From NCBI RefSeq assembly GCF_018350175.1, contig NC_058368.1, forward strand, positions 6,634,001-6,698,000: 64,000 bases of DNA, given 5' to 3'. Below the pieces are notes generated by a model. That model saw nothing but the letters and a program-made list of their open reading frames with translations. It was not told where the DNA came from and did no database searches. Shown one piece after another: positions 1 to 12,536 of this stretch (positions within the stretch are counted from its first letter, which is position 1; each line of letters starts with the position of its first letter). The stretch comes from Felis catus (lineage: Eukaryota). Made by a program: the position numbers and the translations under genes.

Positions 1-2339
1 GTCTGCCAGTTCGATCAAATAGCCAGAGTTTGAAAACTGACCAGACTGGTTGCTTCACTACATCACGAATCAATGGGCTCCTTTAACTACAGAAATGGCC
101 TTGACCCTGAACCGGCCAGTTTGAAAAGGATTTATCCCTTCTTTGTTCCTTGTCCCCGTTTGCCGTCTCGAGCTTAAACATCAGTCTAGCCTCTGCTTGA
201 GAGAGTGGCTGCGTCCCTGTTCCGGACACAAACCAAAACCGCTGTGGGCCCGTGGACCAGTCGTGCTGAGGCCGGGCACGGGGCTCTGGAAGCAGAGCGC
301 GCTCGTTCACGCTCATGTGTGAGAAGGGAGAACGAGGCGGGGGGGGGGGGGGGGCGAGGGAGCGTGTGGGTAGCATATGTGGAATGGGTCAGAGTGCAAA
401 TCTGTGTGGGCTAAAGACCTATTCAAGCTCAAGAAGGGTTTCAATGACTCTCTAGATGCTTGAATTCCCACTTGTCTCGAGCCAACCCCGTTTCTAGGAG
501 CTGGTACCGCTGCACCCTCTCCCTCACCTCCTTTGGATAGACTTCCCTGGACACGATCCAGCTCTGCGTCAGCACCCCATCACCTCCGTCCCGGATCTCT
601 GAAGCCCTGTCCAATCTTGCTCCCTCAAGCACAGAATCTCACTTTTTGCCCAGGGCCTGACTGCGGTTGTGTGGTGCCCCATTTTGGGCTTGATTTATGG
701 CAGTAAGCCCCTTCCCAGGATGCGCCTCCTTCCTGCACCCCACCCTCAGCAAGCCCTCAGCCTCGGGCTGAAGGATGGCTTCCCTTCAGAGGGCAGGGGC
801 CATGCCTGCATTGGTCACTGAGGTCACTTGAAACCCCAGTACCTGGCAAAAGGCAACACTCTGCACGCGTTTGCCAAATAAAGAGATGCCATTTGCCTTG
901 TGGGAGCTATTTTTGGAAGTCATGAACCAAACACTCAAGTGGATTACTTTGGGCTGACTCAGAAAATTGCGTACGTCCTCGAATATGGAGGCCACCTCCC
1001 TCTCTACGCAATTCGCACCGTCTCCACACCATTGCCAGATAGCATTTCCCAAACACGTTTTTCTTTCTGCGGTTCCTCTGCAAGCAACCTTGGCTCCCCT
1101 TAGAAAGCCACACTCCTTAGCCCAGGAGCAAGACCTCCCCGCGAAGCCTGCCTCTCTTCCTGTCCCGGCCCTTGGCTCTGCACCACCTGCCCAGCTAGCC
1201 TGGCCCTAGCTGTCTCTGAGCTCTCATGCCCATGCTACCTCTGTGTTTCTGTCACCCCTCCCAGTCCCTTCCCGTAAGCCAACTCCTCCCCATAACGCCA
1301 ACACTGTACCCAAATGGCGACTTTATCGGTAGGTCCCCCTGGAGCATTCAGTTCACAGTATTTGTCCCTCCGTGGACTTACGGGACTGACAGCCTCTGCT
1401 ATTCATGAGACGCTACAGTTTTATGGCCTCGTGGGTGATTCACCTCCATGCGTGGAGTTCCGGCCCACACTGACTAGATTGTCAGTCCTCCTGCTGCTTC
1501 TCTGTGCCTCCCACATGCCTCTAGGGGTGCAGCCCTCTGCTTCCAAAAAGTTGGTTGAATGAATGATTGAAAGGCCAAGACTTCTCCTCCTTCTCTAGAC
1601 TGACCAAGGCTTCCCAGGGCTGCTAGAAGGAAGAACTAGAAAGACATCCTCTGCCAGCATGCCTTGGGGGCAACACAGGGTGGTAGGGTGCCTGGGACTG
1701 TCCTGGGCTGAGGAGGGTGGGAGCCAGCTCACGGGCATCTGGGATGGCCCCCTGTGAGTGCTGAAGCAGGCCGCACAGGCTGGGGACCTGCGTGGGTGCC
1801 TGAGAGAGTGGTGAGTGCCCCCACGGAAGGGCCCTGGAGCCCAGCCAGTTGGCACGCGTGCTGTAACCGTAGCAGCCACCGGGGCTCTTTTCCATAAGAA
1901 TTAGTGAATTATATTGTAGCGAGTATCTTGTTAAATGCAGATTTATCCTTCAACTCTGAAAACACGATCTGTTGCTTCTGTGTCAAACCATCTGGCTTCG
2001 TAATGTCTACGGACAACATATTTTCCACGAATGAGTCTTTAAATCTCCTTTGGAAAATATCTCTAACTGGCATTTCCCCATCAGATGTGCATCATCCCTG
2101 CATAGCAAAATTGATATGCCCTTAGAAGTTGGTATGAAGCTAACTGCCACGTAGTGAGGGCACATGCGATGTGTCATGATACCCATTGTCATTAATGTGT
2201 TCACTCCTTTGGCTATTACAAAATGGACAAGGCTCAGGCTTAGTCTCGAGCCACCCAGGTGCCCCATCAGGCTCTGTCTTGAAGTATCTCTAGTAGATCA
2301 TGGGCTTCCCCCCGCCCCGAAATTGTAACAAAGAGCTGG

Positions 2340-2790
2340 TTGTCCTCCAGTATCCAATCCCCGCCTTTTACTTAAGAAGACCCTTGATATTTAGCTGCAC
2401 ACAAAACTTCTTGGCATAGGCCACACATGTCTACCTCCTTTGGCGGTAGGTGTGCTTATGTGACTAAGCTCCGGACAATTAGATATAAATGGAAGTGTCA
2501 TGTGTGACTGCAAGTAAGAAAGTGTGCCCTTGCTTCTTCCTTTTTCTTTCATCTTCCTGCTGGTTGGAATGCCAACATGATATCTGGGGCTCAAGCAGCC
2601 ACCTTGCACCTTGAGGCAATACGCTAAGTAAGGGGAGTAGCTAGATAGAAGAAGCCTGGGTCCCCACTCACTGGGAGCCGACATATTAACCCCGGACAAA
2701 CTTCTCAATTTACACGAGACAAACTTTTCAATTGTGTAAGCCATTGTTATCTTGGCTGCCTGTCTGTGCAGCCAGTCACGATTCTGTGAT
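2340..2790 (+). mobile_element. Old ERVL-MaLR solo LTR (MLT1J/K-like)
   Basis: Diverged MLT1 motifs: atgtgactaag, cttcctgctggttggaatgccaacatgat, gcagccaccttg, gaagcctgggtccc, tgtaagccattgtt. Confidence 0.65.
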
Positions 2791-2794
2791 GATT

Positions 2795-3250
2795 GTTTTA
2801 TGTCTGTTCCTACCCAGATCCTATCGGACTGCATCTCTTGTCTCCCTTGCCCTCTGGCTTTTGACTACATCTAGCCAATGGGAGACACTTGCAAGAGAAT
2901 GGAGGGCAAGAGTTGAGAGAGAAAGAAGGATATTTTTCTTCCATGCTTACCCCCATGCTTCCATGAAGCTTCCCTGCTTCAGTGCCTCGATACAGCAGTT
3001 TGTTCCTTCTCACACTACGCTTCTTCCCAGGGGGCCCCACCTTTCTGTCTCTGTTTTTCACTGGGCTCTAGCCATCCTGTATTTTCCTATTTTCCCTCTA
3101 GACCAGAAGTAGTGATCGTTTCTCAGTACTGCTAATCTCTGGGATGCTTAGCAACTTTAATTGTGCCTACAGCTCTCTAAATAGTTCTTTTATTAATTTT
3201 TTGGTTATACATTTGAGTAGAGTTCTCTTTCCTTCTAGGTCTCTGGCTAA
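2795..3250 (+). mobile_element. ERVL LTR (LTR33-like)
   Basis: cccttgccctctggctt...agccaatgggagacac...gagggcaagag...gagagagaa...gatatttt resembles the LTR33 consensus. Confidence 0.6.
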
Positions 3251-4000
3251 TGGGCCAGTGAGTCAGAGACCCCTGGGACAACCGCAGTGGTGCTAGTCAG
3301 CCCCTTCATAACCAATGAGCAAATTAACATTTTACCCATTTACTTTACACAGACTCTTATCTGTGACCCACGAGAACCACAACTATGAGCTCACATGGGC
3401 TTACCTACTATTAGACATGGTTCTACACTCAAGGAGTTTTCGGTCCACTCAGGGACTATAAGGAACAGAGATAGGAGTTAATTTTCACATGGCAGGAGAG
3501 TGCAACGGTTGTCATCGTTGGGGTAGAGCTGATGTGTTGGATAGTAGGGAGAAACTAGGTAAAGACCTTCAAAACTAGGCAGCAAAAATTGAATTAAATT
3601 TGGAGCAATGGAAACTGATGAACATAAGGTAACATGATAAAAAGTGCTGTTTTCTCAAAATTTATTTGGCAAAAACCCATTGGCTTATTCTCCCTGCCTT
3701 CTGTTTGCTCACTCTTCCTTTCATGCCTTGTAAGTGCTACTTGAATTAACTCCATGAGTCTAGATCTCCTCCTGTCCCCTTTGGCTCCCGGGTGCCAAAA
3801 TGGATAAGTCAAGCCTACCCTCCTTTACAATGACTTAAAATGTCTTTTGCCACCCGGCTCCAGCTAATCTCCCTGGTGTCATCTCCAGCCACTTCCACCC
3901 ACCTGCCTTCTGCTACAGCCCCCACGGCTAGTCATTATTTTTTGAACGTACCACATGCATGCAAGCTTCTGAACCTTTGCATGTGCTGTTTCCTCCGACC

Positions 4001-4460
4001 CAGCACTGTCCAAGAGAACTTTGTGCAATGATGGAAGCGTTCTAGATCCACATCGTCCCACATGGTAGCCACTAGCCATATGTGGATGCTGACCACCTGA
4101 AATGTGATCAGTGACTGGGGAACTAAATTTCTAATGTTACTTAATTTTAATTAATAAAATTTAATTTATTTTTTTTAATTTTTTTTTCAACGTTTATTTA
4201 TTTTTGGGGGGGACAGAGAGAGACAGAGCATGAACGGGGGAGGGGCAGAGAGAGAGGGAGACACAGAATCGGAAAACAGGCTCCAGGCTCCGAGCCATCA
4301 GCCCAGAGCCTGACGCGGGGCTCGAACTCACAGACCGCGAGATCGTGACCTGGCTGAAGTCGGACGCTTAACCGACTGCGCCACCCAGGCGCCCCAATAA
4401 AATTTAATTTAAGTTTCAATAGGCACATGTGGCTAGCAGCTACCATATGGATAGAACAGC
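4001..4460. mobile_element. MER3-like hAT-Charlie DNA transposon split by a SINE
   Basis: cactgtccaagagaactttgtgcaatgatggaa and atggtagccactagccatatgtg, with inverted counterpart cacatgtggctagcagctaccat. Confidence 0.8.
4169..4395 (-). mobile_element. Young feline Can-SINE
   Basis: Full length, CpG-rich; perfect TSD aataaaatttaattta at 4153-4168 and 4396-4411. Confidence 0.97.
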
Positions 4461-5139
4461 CCTCATCAAATTATTGTCGAATCTTCTCTCCCCTTATCCC
4501 CATGGGGAGATCCAGAAAGCCCCTACGTACTATTAAGGACAAATTTAAATGTTGCTGCCTCGCTAGAGCTTTCTGTCCCCTCATTCTCACCCCACAATAA
4601 TTAATTACTCCCTCAGCTGTGTTCCTTTAAGCACCGTACACATGCCTATATCTATCACACAGCACAGGGCCTTTCTCCCTTCCTTCCTGGCACCTTATTC
4701 TTCCAACATTCTAAGTGCACAGTACTAATTGCATTTCTCTAGGTGAGCCATGTCCTCTTGCCCTCAGGCTTTTGCATACGCTGTTGCCTCTGCCAAAAGC
4801 ACTCTTCCTTACGTATCTCCACTGGCCAACTAATGCCTTAAGATTTCAACTTAGATGTCTCTTATTCCAGGAAGCTTTCCCTTATACCTTCCTGTGTCCG
4901 CTTAGGGCTTTCCTTCCTAGATACCCTCATAATGTTCTATGACTACCTATCATAGTTCTCTATATTTTACTTGTGTTGGTAGCCTGTTTCGCCCGCCCCT
5001 TCAAATCTCTTTGAAGCCAAAGACCAACTGTTATTCAAACAACTATTACAGTACCTGGCACAGAGAAATATAAGCTGAATATGACCAAAAAGCTCCTTTT
5101 GGGATGAAGTGGAGGGAAGGCGGGGCAGGGATGGGGGGA

Positions 5140-5160
5140 GCTGCTGTCCGTGGTGCTGAA
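5140..5160 (-). promoter_or_regulatory. RE1/NRSE (REST/NRSF binding site)
   Basis: Minus strand reads TTCAGCACCACGGACAGCAGC. The first 18 nt are identical to the canonical RE1 consensus TTCAGCACCACGGACAGCGCC. Confidence 0.9.
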
Positions 5161-5272
5161 ATAGCCCAGCTGGCTAGCGTGCAAACTACTGTAGGTCCAA
5201 ATCTGGAAAGGTAGAAACCAAGTTATGGGGTATGTTATGGGGAGAGAAGAGAAGATATGAATAATGGGAGAA

Positions 5273-5276
<4 letters not shown>

Positions 5277-5313
<37 letters not shown>
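5277..5313. repeat. (GA)n microsatellite
   Basis: Uninterrupted GA run. Confidence 0.95.
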
Positions 5314-5314
<1 letters not shown>

Positions 5315-6691
5315 CAGTGACACAGCCACTCCTCAGGAAAAAAAATTTTTTTGCTATCATAGCCAAATCATTGGTATTAGCCGAAAGAAACTACAACCCA
5401 GATGAGCTAGTGAACCCATGAAGGGAGTAAGGATTGTGTGTGTAAGTGTCAGCTTGAACAAATACATTCACACAAGCTGGCAATGCCAGCTAGGCAGTAA
5501 TAGAAAGACTGAAGTGACATTCTCAGCTATTCTTAAGTGCTAATAGTTTGTCTTTGTTTTTATTTTCTCCTTCTCAAAATATATGTTTTTTTTCCACTGC
5601 CCAAAACAAATAACAATTTATGTTCTTTATGTTTCATAATTTGGGGGGCTTATTTTCTGTGGGTGTTTTGTTTTTTGGGTTTTGGGGTGTTTTGTGGCGG
5701 TGGCGGTGGTGGTCATTTTTATCATGTCATTGACATCAAGTTCTCCTAATCTCTCAGATGTTCTTCTTCCCTTTTCTCATTTCTTTTTTCAAATTTGCAA
5801 CACTCTTTCTCTACTCCATCCTTTAACACTCTCAGCTGATGACCTCATTTCTTGTTTCACGGAGACGTTGAAACCAATAAGAAAAGAACTTCCTTATTCT
5901 TCCAATAAAAACAAAAATACCAATATAAATGTCTTTTCATCCTTTCTTCCTCCTCATCGGAAGATTTGTCCACATGACTGTTAAAGACCAAATCCTCCAG
6001 GAGCCATTTCCTCCCATCTGTTTAGGGACTTTGCTCCAGCACTTACGTCCTGTCTGCCTTGAATATTTTCCCTCTACTAAATCTTTCCTGTGCATACAAA
6101 TGTGCTCTAATACTTTCCATCTTTTAGAAACCCTCCCTAGCCTCTATCCTATAGTGACTGCCCCAATTTGTCTGTTCTCTTTTAGAGCCAACTTGAAAAG
6201 GGTGGCTATGCTTTCCATCTCCATTCTCTTTGATCCATTCCTGCCAGGCATTCGCCTTACCACTCTACTAACATCACTATTCTAAAATTCACCGATGATC
6301 TCCACATTGCAAACCCAGTTATCAGTTTTCACTCCTCTTTTTTCTTGACTTCTCACCCATCATTTGATATAATTGGTCAATTCTGCCTCCTTGAAACCCT
6401 TTATTGACTTGAGTTTATTTGTTCTTTTTCCTGGCTTTCCCTCTACCTCACTGCGTGTGCCTTCTCAGTTTTCTCCACTGGATCTTCTGCTTCTTCCAAA
6501 CCTCTAAGAGTAGGCTCCATTTTGGTTATTTTCTATTCACTCCATATATTCACTCCCTTGTGATCTCATCCAGGTCCATGGCTTTAAATACCATCTACAT
6601 GAGAGCACCTTCCAGATTTAATTCTCTATCCCCCTCCTCTCTCCTAAACAGAAGACACAGCTCCTGACATCTCCAATCCCATGACAGAAGG

Positions 6692-6817
6692 GTAGGATGG
6701 CCTCATATCTATTTTTCCAGGACAGTTTTGATTTGTAACTATTGTCTCTGTTAAGTATTAATAGAACTTCTTCCATTCAAAATTGTCCCAGTTTGGACAA
6801 CATATCATTTGGCCACC
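6692..6817. mobile_element. MER94-like hAT-Blackjack DNA element
   Basis: taggatggcc...ccaggacag...tattaatag...tgtcccagtttggac...tggccacc. Confidence 0.65.
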
Positions 6818-7316
6818 TGTGTTTAAGTTTCCATGGCTGCTATAACAACATGCAACTAACTTGGTGGCTTAAAACAACACAAAATTATATTTTATAGTTC
6901 TGGAGGTCAAAAGTCCAAAGTGGATCTCACTGGGCTTAAAATCAAGGCGTGTCAGAAGGCTGAATTCTTCTCTGGAGACTGTAGGGGAGAATCCATTTTG
7001 TTGACTTTTCTAGCTTCAAGAGGCTCCCCACATTCTTTGGCTCATGGACCCTTCCATCTTCAAAGCTATCAGTGGCTGGTCAGTCTTATTCATATCACAT
7101 AACTTGGACACTGATTCTCCCTCCCTCTTCCACATTTGGCTCCTACAGTGGGCCCTACCAGATAATCCAAGATAGTTTTATTTTAAGGTCAGATGATTAT
7201 CAGCCTTAATTGCATCTGCAACCTTAATTTCCCCTGGACATATCAAAATGCACACTCACTGGTTCTAGAGATTAGGATGTGGACATCCATAGGGCACCAT
7301 TATTCTGCCCATCACA
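6818..7316 (-). mobile_element. MLT1C/D-like MaLR solo LTR
   Basis: ggctgctataaca...ggtggcttaaaacaacac...gttctggaggtc...attaggatgtggacat...tattctgcccatcaca. TG..CA ends; flanks ccacc/ccatc are a possible 5-bp TSD. Confidence 0.9.
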
Positions 7317-9063
7317 CCATCCAATAGACTTCTCAAACTTAGCATGCCCCCAAAAATTGGCTCTTGGCTTTCGCCAAATCTTCTCCCTCTGCAGCTTATC
7401 TTAGCAAATTGTGTACCATTCATCCATCTGCTCAGGCCAAAAGCTTTGCTGTCATTCTTGAATCTTTCTTGCTCTTAAACTATATATCCAATCCCTCAAC
7501 TAATCCTGTAAGTTCTTCTTTTACCTTTAAGACATATTCAAATACATTTCATCCCCCTCCGACCCATTACCATCTTACTCCAAACCACTGTCTTCTCTCA
7601 TTTAGACTATTGCTAGGCCCTGCGTGGTCTCCAGCTTCTGTTCTGCTTACACTGTTTCCTGCCCCAGTTTATTCTCCACAAGGCAGCCAGAGGAGTCCTC
7701 TTTAAACATAAGTTGTATTATGGTCACTCCTCTGCTCAAACTGCTGTGATGATTTCCCCACACTTGGAATAAAAGGTCAACGTCCTCACCATGACCTGAA
7801 AGGTCTTTCCCAGCATGGCCTTACATCCTGTTCTGCCTCATTTGCTACTTTTGGCTCTAGGACACTGTAAATGCTAAATCTCCTACCCCTTTGCTTCCTG
7901 TGACTCTAGGGAAAACTTTAAGGTGATCGTCAGTCTAGCAAAGCCGAAGCTGGGTTAGCGTTATTATCAAAAGGGAACATATGGAACTGTTTTGTTCTTT
8001 GTTTGTATTTAAATATTTTCATGACCAAAAAGAAAATGTTACTAAGGCTTAGATCCTTTCTCTGGGCTTTGTGAAATAAACCACCAGTGACCCAGTAGGG
8101 TCAGTTCTGTGCCAGAGTTTTGGAGAGGATTAAAGCATGACAATAACTAGATTTAATAATAGCCTTTGCACTAGACCTTGGGGGATTTCTGGCAGCCTCA
8201 ATTACTCCAGTTCTTATTTTCTTTTGCCCTGTATTATCTTTAGTCGCCCTTGAATGTAGAGAGACTTCTAGCTGGAAAATTTTTATTTCCCATTTGAAAC
8301 TTGCCACAAAAATGTCCCCCTGTTCCACCATACATTCTGTCTACATGTACAGATATTCTATAGAGGGTGTAGACTGTATTTCATCTCATGTATTTCCACT
8401 TGCTTAATTATTGTTTTCTCCTCTTAATTGCTCACAGTAATCTAACTCTACTGTGCTTGCTAATGAGCACAGCTTAGACGTTCCACATGTAACGAGCTAC
8501 AAGAGTCGTTCTCTCATTATCGTCACTAAATGTTCCCATATATATTCTCACTTGACATGTGCAGAAGCAAAAATAATAAAAACTATAAAATTCTTTGGAG
8601 ATATGAGGAAGTGTAATGTTCATGAACAGAAAGTTGTGGTTTTAGCATATACTTATAAAATGCTAGCTTTGAAGGGACCTGGAAAGATCACTTACTTAGA
8701 CCCTTTGTTTTATGTATGAGGAAACTGAGGCTCAGCGATATGACATGGCTTTGCTGGAGTCACACAATCACAAAGTGGGACCAGAACCCAGGCCTCCCAA
8801 TTCCCGGTCCTGTATGGTGCCCGCTCTAGAGTCTTTGTTCTTAAGAATGCATTTGCTTAGCCTGCTATTTAAATGGACTGGCATGTCTACTGGGTTATTA
8901 TTTATAAAAGTGAAAATTTGAAAACAATATAGATACCCAACATTAAGAAAATCATAAAATAAATGGTGATAGGCTTAGGTAATATTACCTAAATATTATG
9001 TAATTATTGTACTTTGCTTGTTGTAATTATATCACATTATGTAGATATTAAAAATCATTTTTA

Positions 9064-9158
9064 AGGATACCTGGCTGCTTCAGTTGGTATAGCATGTGAC
9101 TCTTGATCTTAAGCCCTATGCTGGGTGTAGAGATTAGTTACAATAAAATATTTAAAAT
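9064..9158 (+). mobile_element. Short old-type Can-SINE within an L1ME-like 3' fragment
   Basis: cctggctgcttcagttggtatagcatgtgactcttgatct...gggtgtagagatta; TSD aatcattttta at 9053-9063 and 9159-9169. Confidence 0.85.
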
Positions 9159-10275
9159 AATCATTTTTAGAAACCATGTAATGACCGTTTGCGTCCTCAC
9201 AACATAATGTTGAAAACCAGGCTACCAAACTGAATAGATAGAGTGTGACAGCAATTTTGTTTTATATACACAGTAAGAATAGAACACATCAAAGAGTGGC
9301 GTTTTGAGATGACAGGATTACAAATTACTTTTGTTCCCTTTTAAAAACATTCCTGTTTCGCAGATTTTCTCCAATTTGCATGTCTTAATTAAACTTATAA
9401 TTAGAACAAAATTGCGGTTTTGTAAAGAGAAGAAGATGTGATCAAGCCTTAATAACTTGAAAGAGATTTTTCTCAGACTGAGAGATGGCAATTTTAGAGG
9501 ATTATGAAGAAAGTCATAGAAGCTAGAGCTGTTGGCACAACTGCCAGCCATTACATTACTAAGTGGCAAAACTTAGGCTTCGTAAAGAAGACATGTCAGC
9601 ACCTGATGTTCTTACATTTCTTCCAGTTTTTTCTTTCCCCGAGCAGTATCTGCTGAGGGCTCAGAGGCCATTGCTGTGAGCATGTGCTGTTGTGTGTGTT
9701 AGCAGCACTAATGAGGCAGGATGTAGCTTTCCTTCCAATGTATGTGTATGAGTATAAATGATGCGCAGGGACAGGCTACCCTAGGATGCCGAAAGAATCG
9801 TGGCTCCCCACCCAGATATTCCACGGACTAGAAATAAGACAAATTTAAATTAAACCAACCTCGTATTCTTTGTATATAAAATAGAAAAGAAAATATTTGT
9901 TGACGCCCAAGGCTTGAAAGGATATAGTGAAAATACCGTAGGACATAAAACGGTACTCTCGACTTGGAATTCAATTAGCAGTAAGTTTCAAACACCGTAA
10001 CTGATTTAAGCTTCATTCTAATAATCTATACTATCTCCGGAATTTACACAAAAAGAAAAATAAAAAAGAACACACTATATGCCTCAAGATATGCATTCTT
10101 AGATTATTTCAAGCAGCAGAAAATAGGGAGTAACAAAAAAGTCCCCAAATAAGAGGATTTGCAATAAAATTAGAGCGTATTTGAAATGATATTATGAAGG
10201 AAAGCAAGACGAAGAAATGCCTATGATATAGTACTTAAAAATCAAAACATAAAAATGTATACTTTTTGTTATTTT

Positions 10276-10484
10276 TTTTTTCAACGTTTATTTATTTTTG
10301 GGACAGAGAGAGACAGAGCATGAACGGGGGAGGGGCAGAGAGAGAGGGAGACACAGAATCGGAAACAGGCTCCAGGCTCCGAGCCATCAGCCCAGAGCCT
10401 GACGCGGGGCTCGAACTCACGGACCGCGAGATCATGACCTGGCTGAGGTCGGACGCTTAACCGACTGCGCCACCCAGGCGCCCC
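10276..10484 (-). mobile_element. Young feline Can-SINE
   Basis: Full length; TSD tatactttttgttatttt at 10258-10275 and 10485-10502. Confidence 0.97.
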
Positions 10485-12517
10485 TATACTTTTTGTTATT
10501 TTGAACATAATTATATAAAATATATGCAGAAAGAAAAAACCACTATCTATTTTGTTAGAATGATAGGATTGTGAGTTACGTTCTCCGTTTTCCAAATATT
10601 TCTTTAATACTGAAATAAAAATGACACCCTACTCTTTTAGTGGGGTCACCTCTTGCTGGGCTTGATAGTTTAGAGTTGTCATGTGTTGCGTCTATATGTT
10701 GCAGTGGCAGAAAGGCAGTTTCTGGAGTCAGTTTGCATTCACAAGGCTAGTTCTATCAGTCCTCTAGTGGTGTGGCCTTGGGTAGCTTACTTAAGCCTCT
10801 GTTTTCTCATTTTTTAAATAGGAGATCATGAAAGCTTCTGAGCTTTGTAAAGAATGTTTCAATTGTTTAAGTCTCCCAGGGTGAACGAGACGGTTTCTGC
10901 TACAAAATTTTGTGGAGAAAGGCATTGCGCTCTATGCTGTGGGCAGAGCCAGAATATGAGGTTCAGGCAAAACTTTAAGTAGAGGCAAAATCCTAGCCAA
11001 GAAGTCAGAGAAGCAGGTCCAAGGGCCTCACCCACTCCAGGAAAAGGACGAAACCCTGTCAGAGAGCAGCAGAGAGGACCCTTAAGGAACTATAAGTTGA
11101 GAGAGGGAAAGAGTGTGTTCCTGGGGCAAGGGCCTAATGCTGATTTTTTTTTTTTACCTTTATCTATCTGTCTGTCTGTTTATCTATCTGCAATTTTTGG
11201 AAAATTCCGGACCTATCTTAAGTAGAAAGAATGATGTAACAAACCCATATATATCCATTACCGAGCTTCAACAAAATGAAGGCTTCATCTGTTATTTCAC
11301 CCATCCCCCCTCTCTGGATAGTGTTGAAGTAATAATTTTATTACCACATCTGTAGGTACTTTGGTATGTGTCTCTAAAAGATACAGACTCTTTTATTTAA
11401 TATAATCACAACAAGATTATCATACCTAAAAAGTTAGCAATAGTTGTTAAAGGTGTGGTTTGAGGACTTGTCCCACAGAGAAGTGAGCAGGAGGGTCTGA
11501 TGCACTTGAACGGTCAAAGGGATGACCCAGAAGCCCAGGCCCATTAGTCTGACATCACCCCTTCCTCCAGCAGGGCAGAGCAGGCTGTTCTGAGAACGAC
11601 CTGGGTGACCACCAACCAGGTGGGAGGTTGGCAGATTCAGCACAGAGTTTTGCACTATGGAGGTACTGAAGACCAAAGTCAGGACTCAAACTCTGGAGGA
11701 GTCCTTCAAATAGACCCAAACAAATAACCTAGAAGGATCCTGGAGGGCGTGGTTTTCAAGCAGAGTACACAGGGTCCAGGGATCACTGACAAGGGAGGAA
11801 GAGGCAGAGGAAAGAATGAAAAATTACACACACCCCCACCCACGGCTCAACCAGTGAATCCACTTTTATCTCCTTCCTCTACTGAGGTTCTAGAACAATA
11901 TCGCATGAAGAAACCATTTCATGCCTGAACAAGTTCTCTGCTAAGGAGGTTCCTTTGCTGATCAGGGAGGCATCCGTGGGGAGATATGTGGAGGTGTGAG
12001 AACAGAGGATGGGGACCCCAACACCCCCACCTCCATCTGACCTCAGATCAGCCACTTATCCTCAGATGCATCATCTGCTATAGTTACAGGACAACACAGG
12101 TCTTCTCATGAAGTAAATGAAATTAGGTACAGGACAACACCTAGCACAGACTGATTAAAAGGTATTGAATACATTTTAGTTGATATGATCTAAATATATC
12201 TGCCAAACTGATAGACTAACATATTGAGAAACTGACAAGATATTATCTGTCAGGAATTTGGGGAAAATGGATTGTCATATTTCTGCATATCGGTGTATGC
12301 TAATTTACATAGATTACTTTGTGTTCTCCCAACGACCTAACTCTAAGCCTGTGGAATAGGTTAACCTCTAGCCAGAAAGTTCCAGTCCAGGACTGACAGT
12401 TGCTGCACCAGGTGGGACAGTGGCATTCTTCAGTACAGGAGGGACATCTGAGGAATTATCCTCCCGAGCATGATGTCACCAGAGGTAAGGAGACCAAATG
12501 ACAAGTATCCCAGACCC

Positions 12518-12536
12518 TGGGACCATCTAGTGGCCC
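12518..12536 (-). promoter_or_regulatory. CTCF-like motif
   Basis: Minus strand GGCCACTAGATGGTCCC; good 5' core, weaker 3' end. Confidence 0.4.

Larger units (their letters stand above)
5790..7860 (+). mobile_element. LINE-2 ORF2 remnant, interrupted at about 6690-7320 by MER94 and MLT1
   Basis: L2 motifs ctcagctgatgacctc...ttcacggag, gatgatctccacattgcaaaccc, catggctttaaataccatctacat, ctctgctcaaa; pyrimidine-rich sense strand. Confidence 0.8.

Noticed and set aside
1905..2100. Protein-looking minus frame (MPVRDIFQRRFKDSFVENML...)
   Set aside because: Short, no recognised homolog and no supported exon partners.
4300..4395. tRNA-like A/B boxes here and in all SINE heads
   Set aside because: They are Can-SINE heads followed by CT tract, A tail and TSDs, not tRNA genes. 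The recurring MAQSVKRPTSAQV ORFs are SINE translations.
9684..9720. TAGCAGCAC..TAATG resembling miR-15/16 family
   Set aside because: Only the seed region matches, it lies on the 3' side of a ~9-bp stem, and there is no pre-miRNA-length hairpin.
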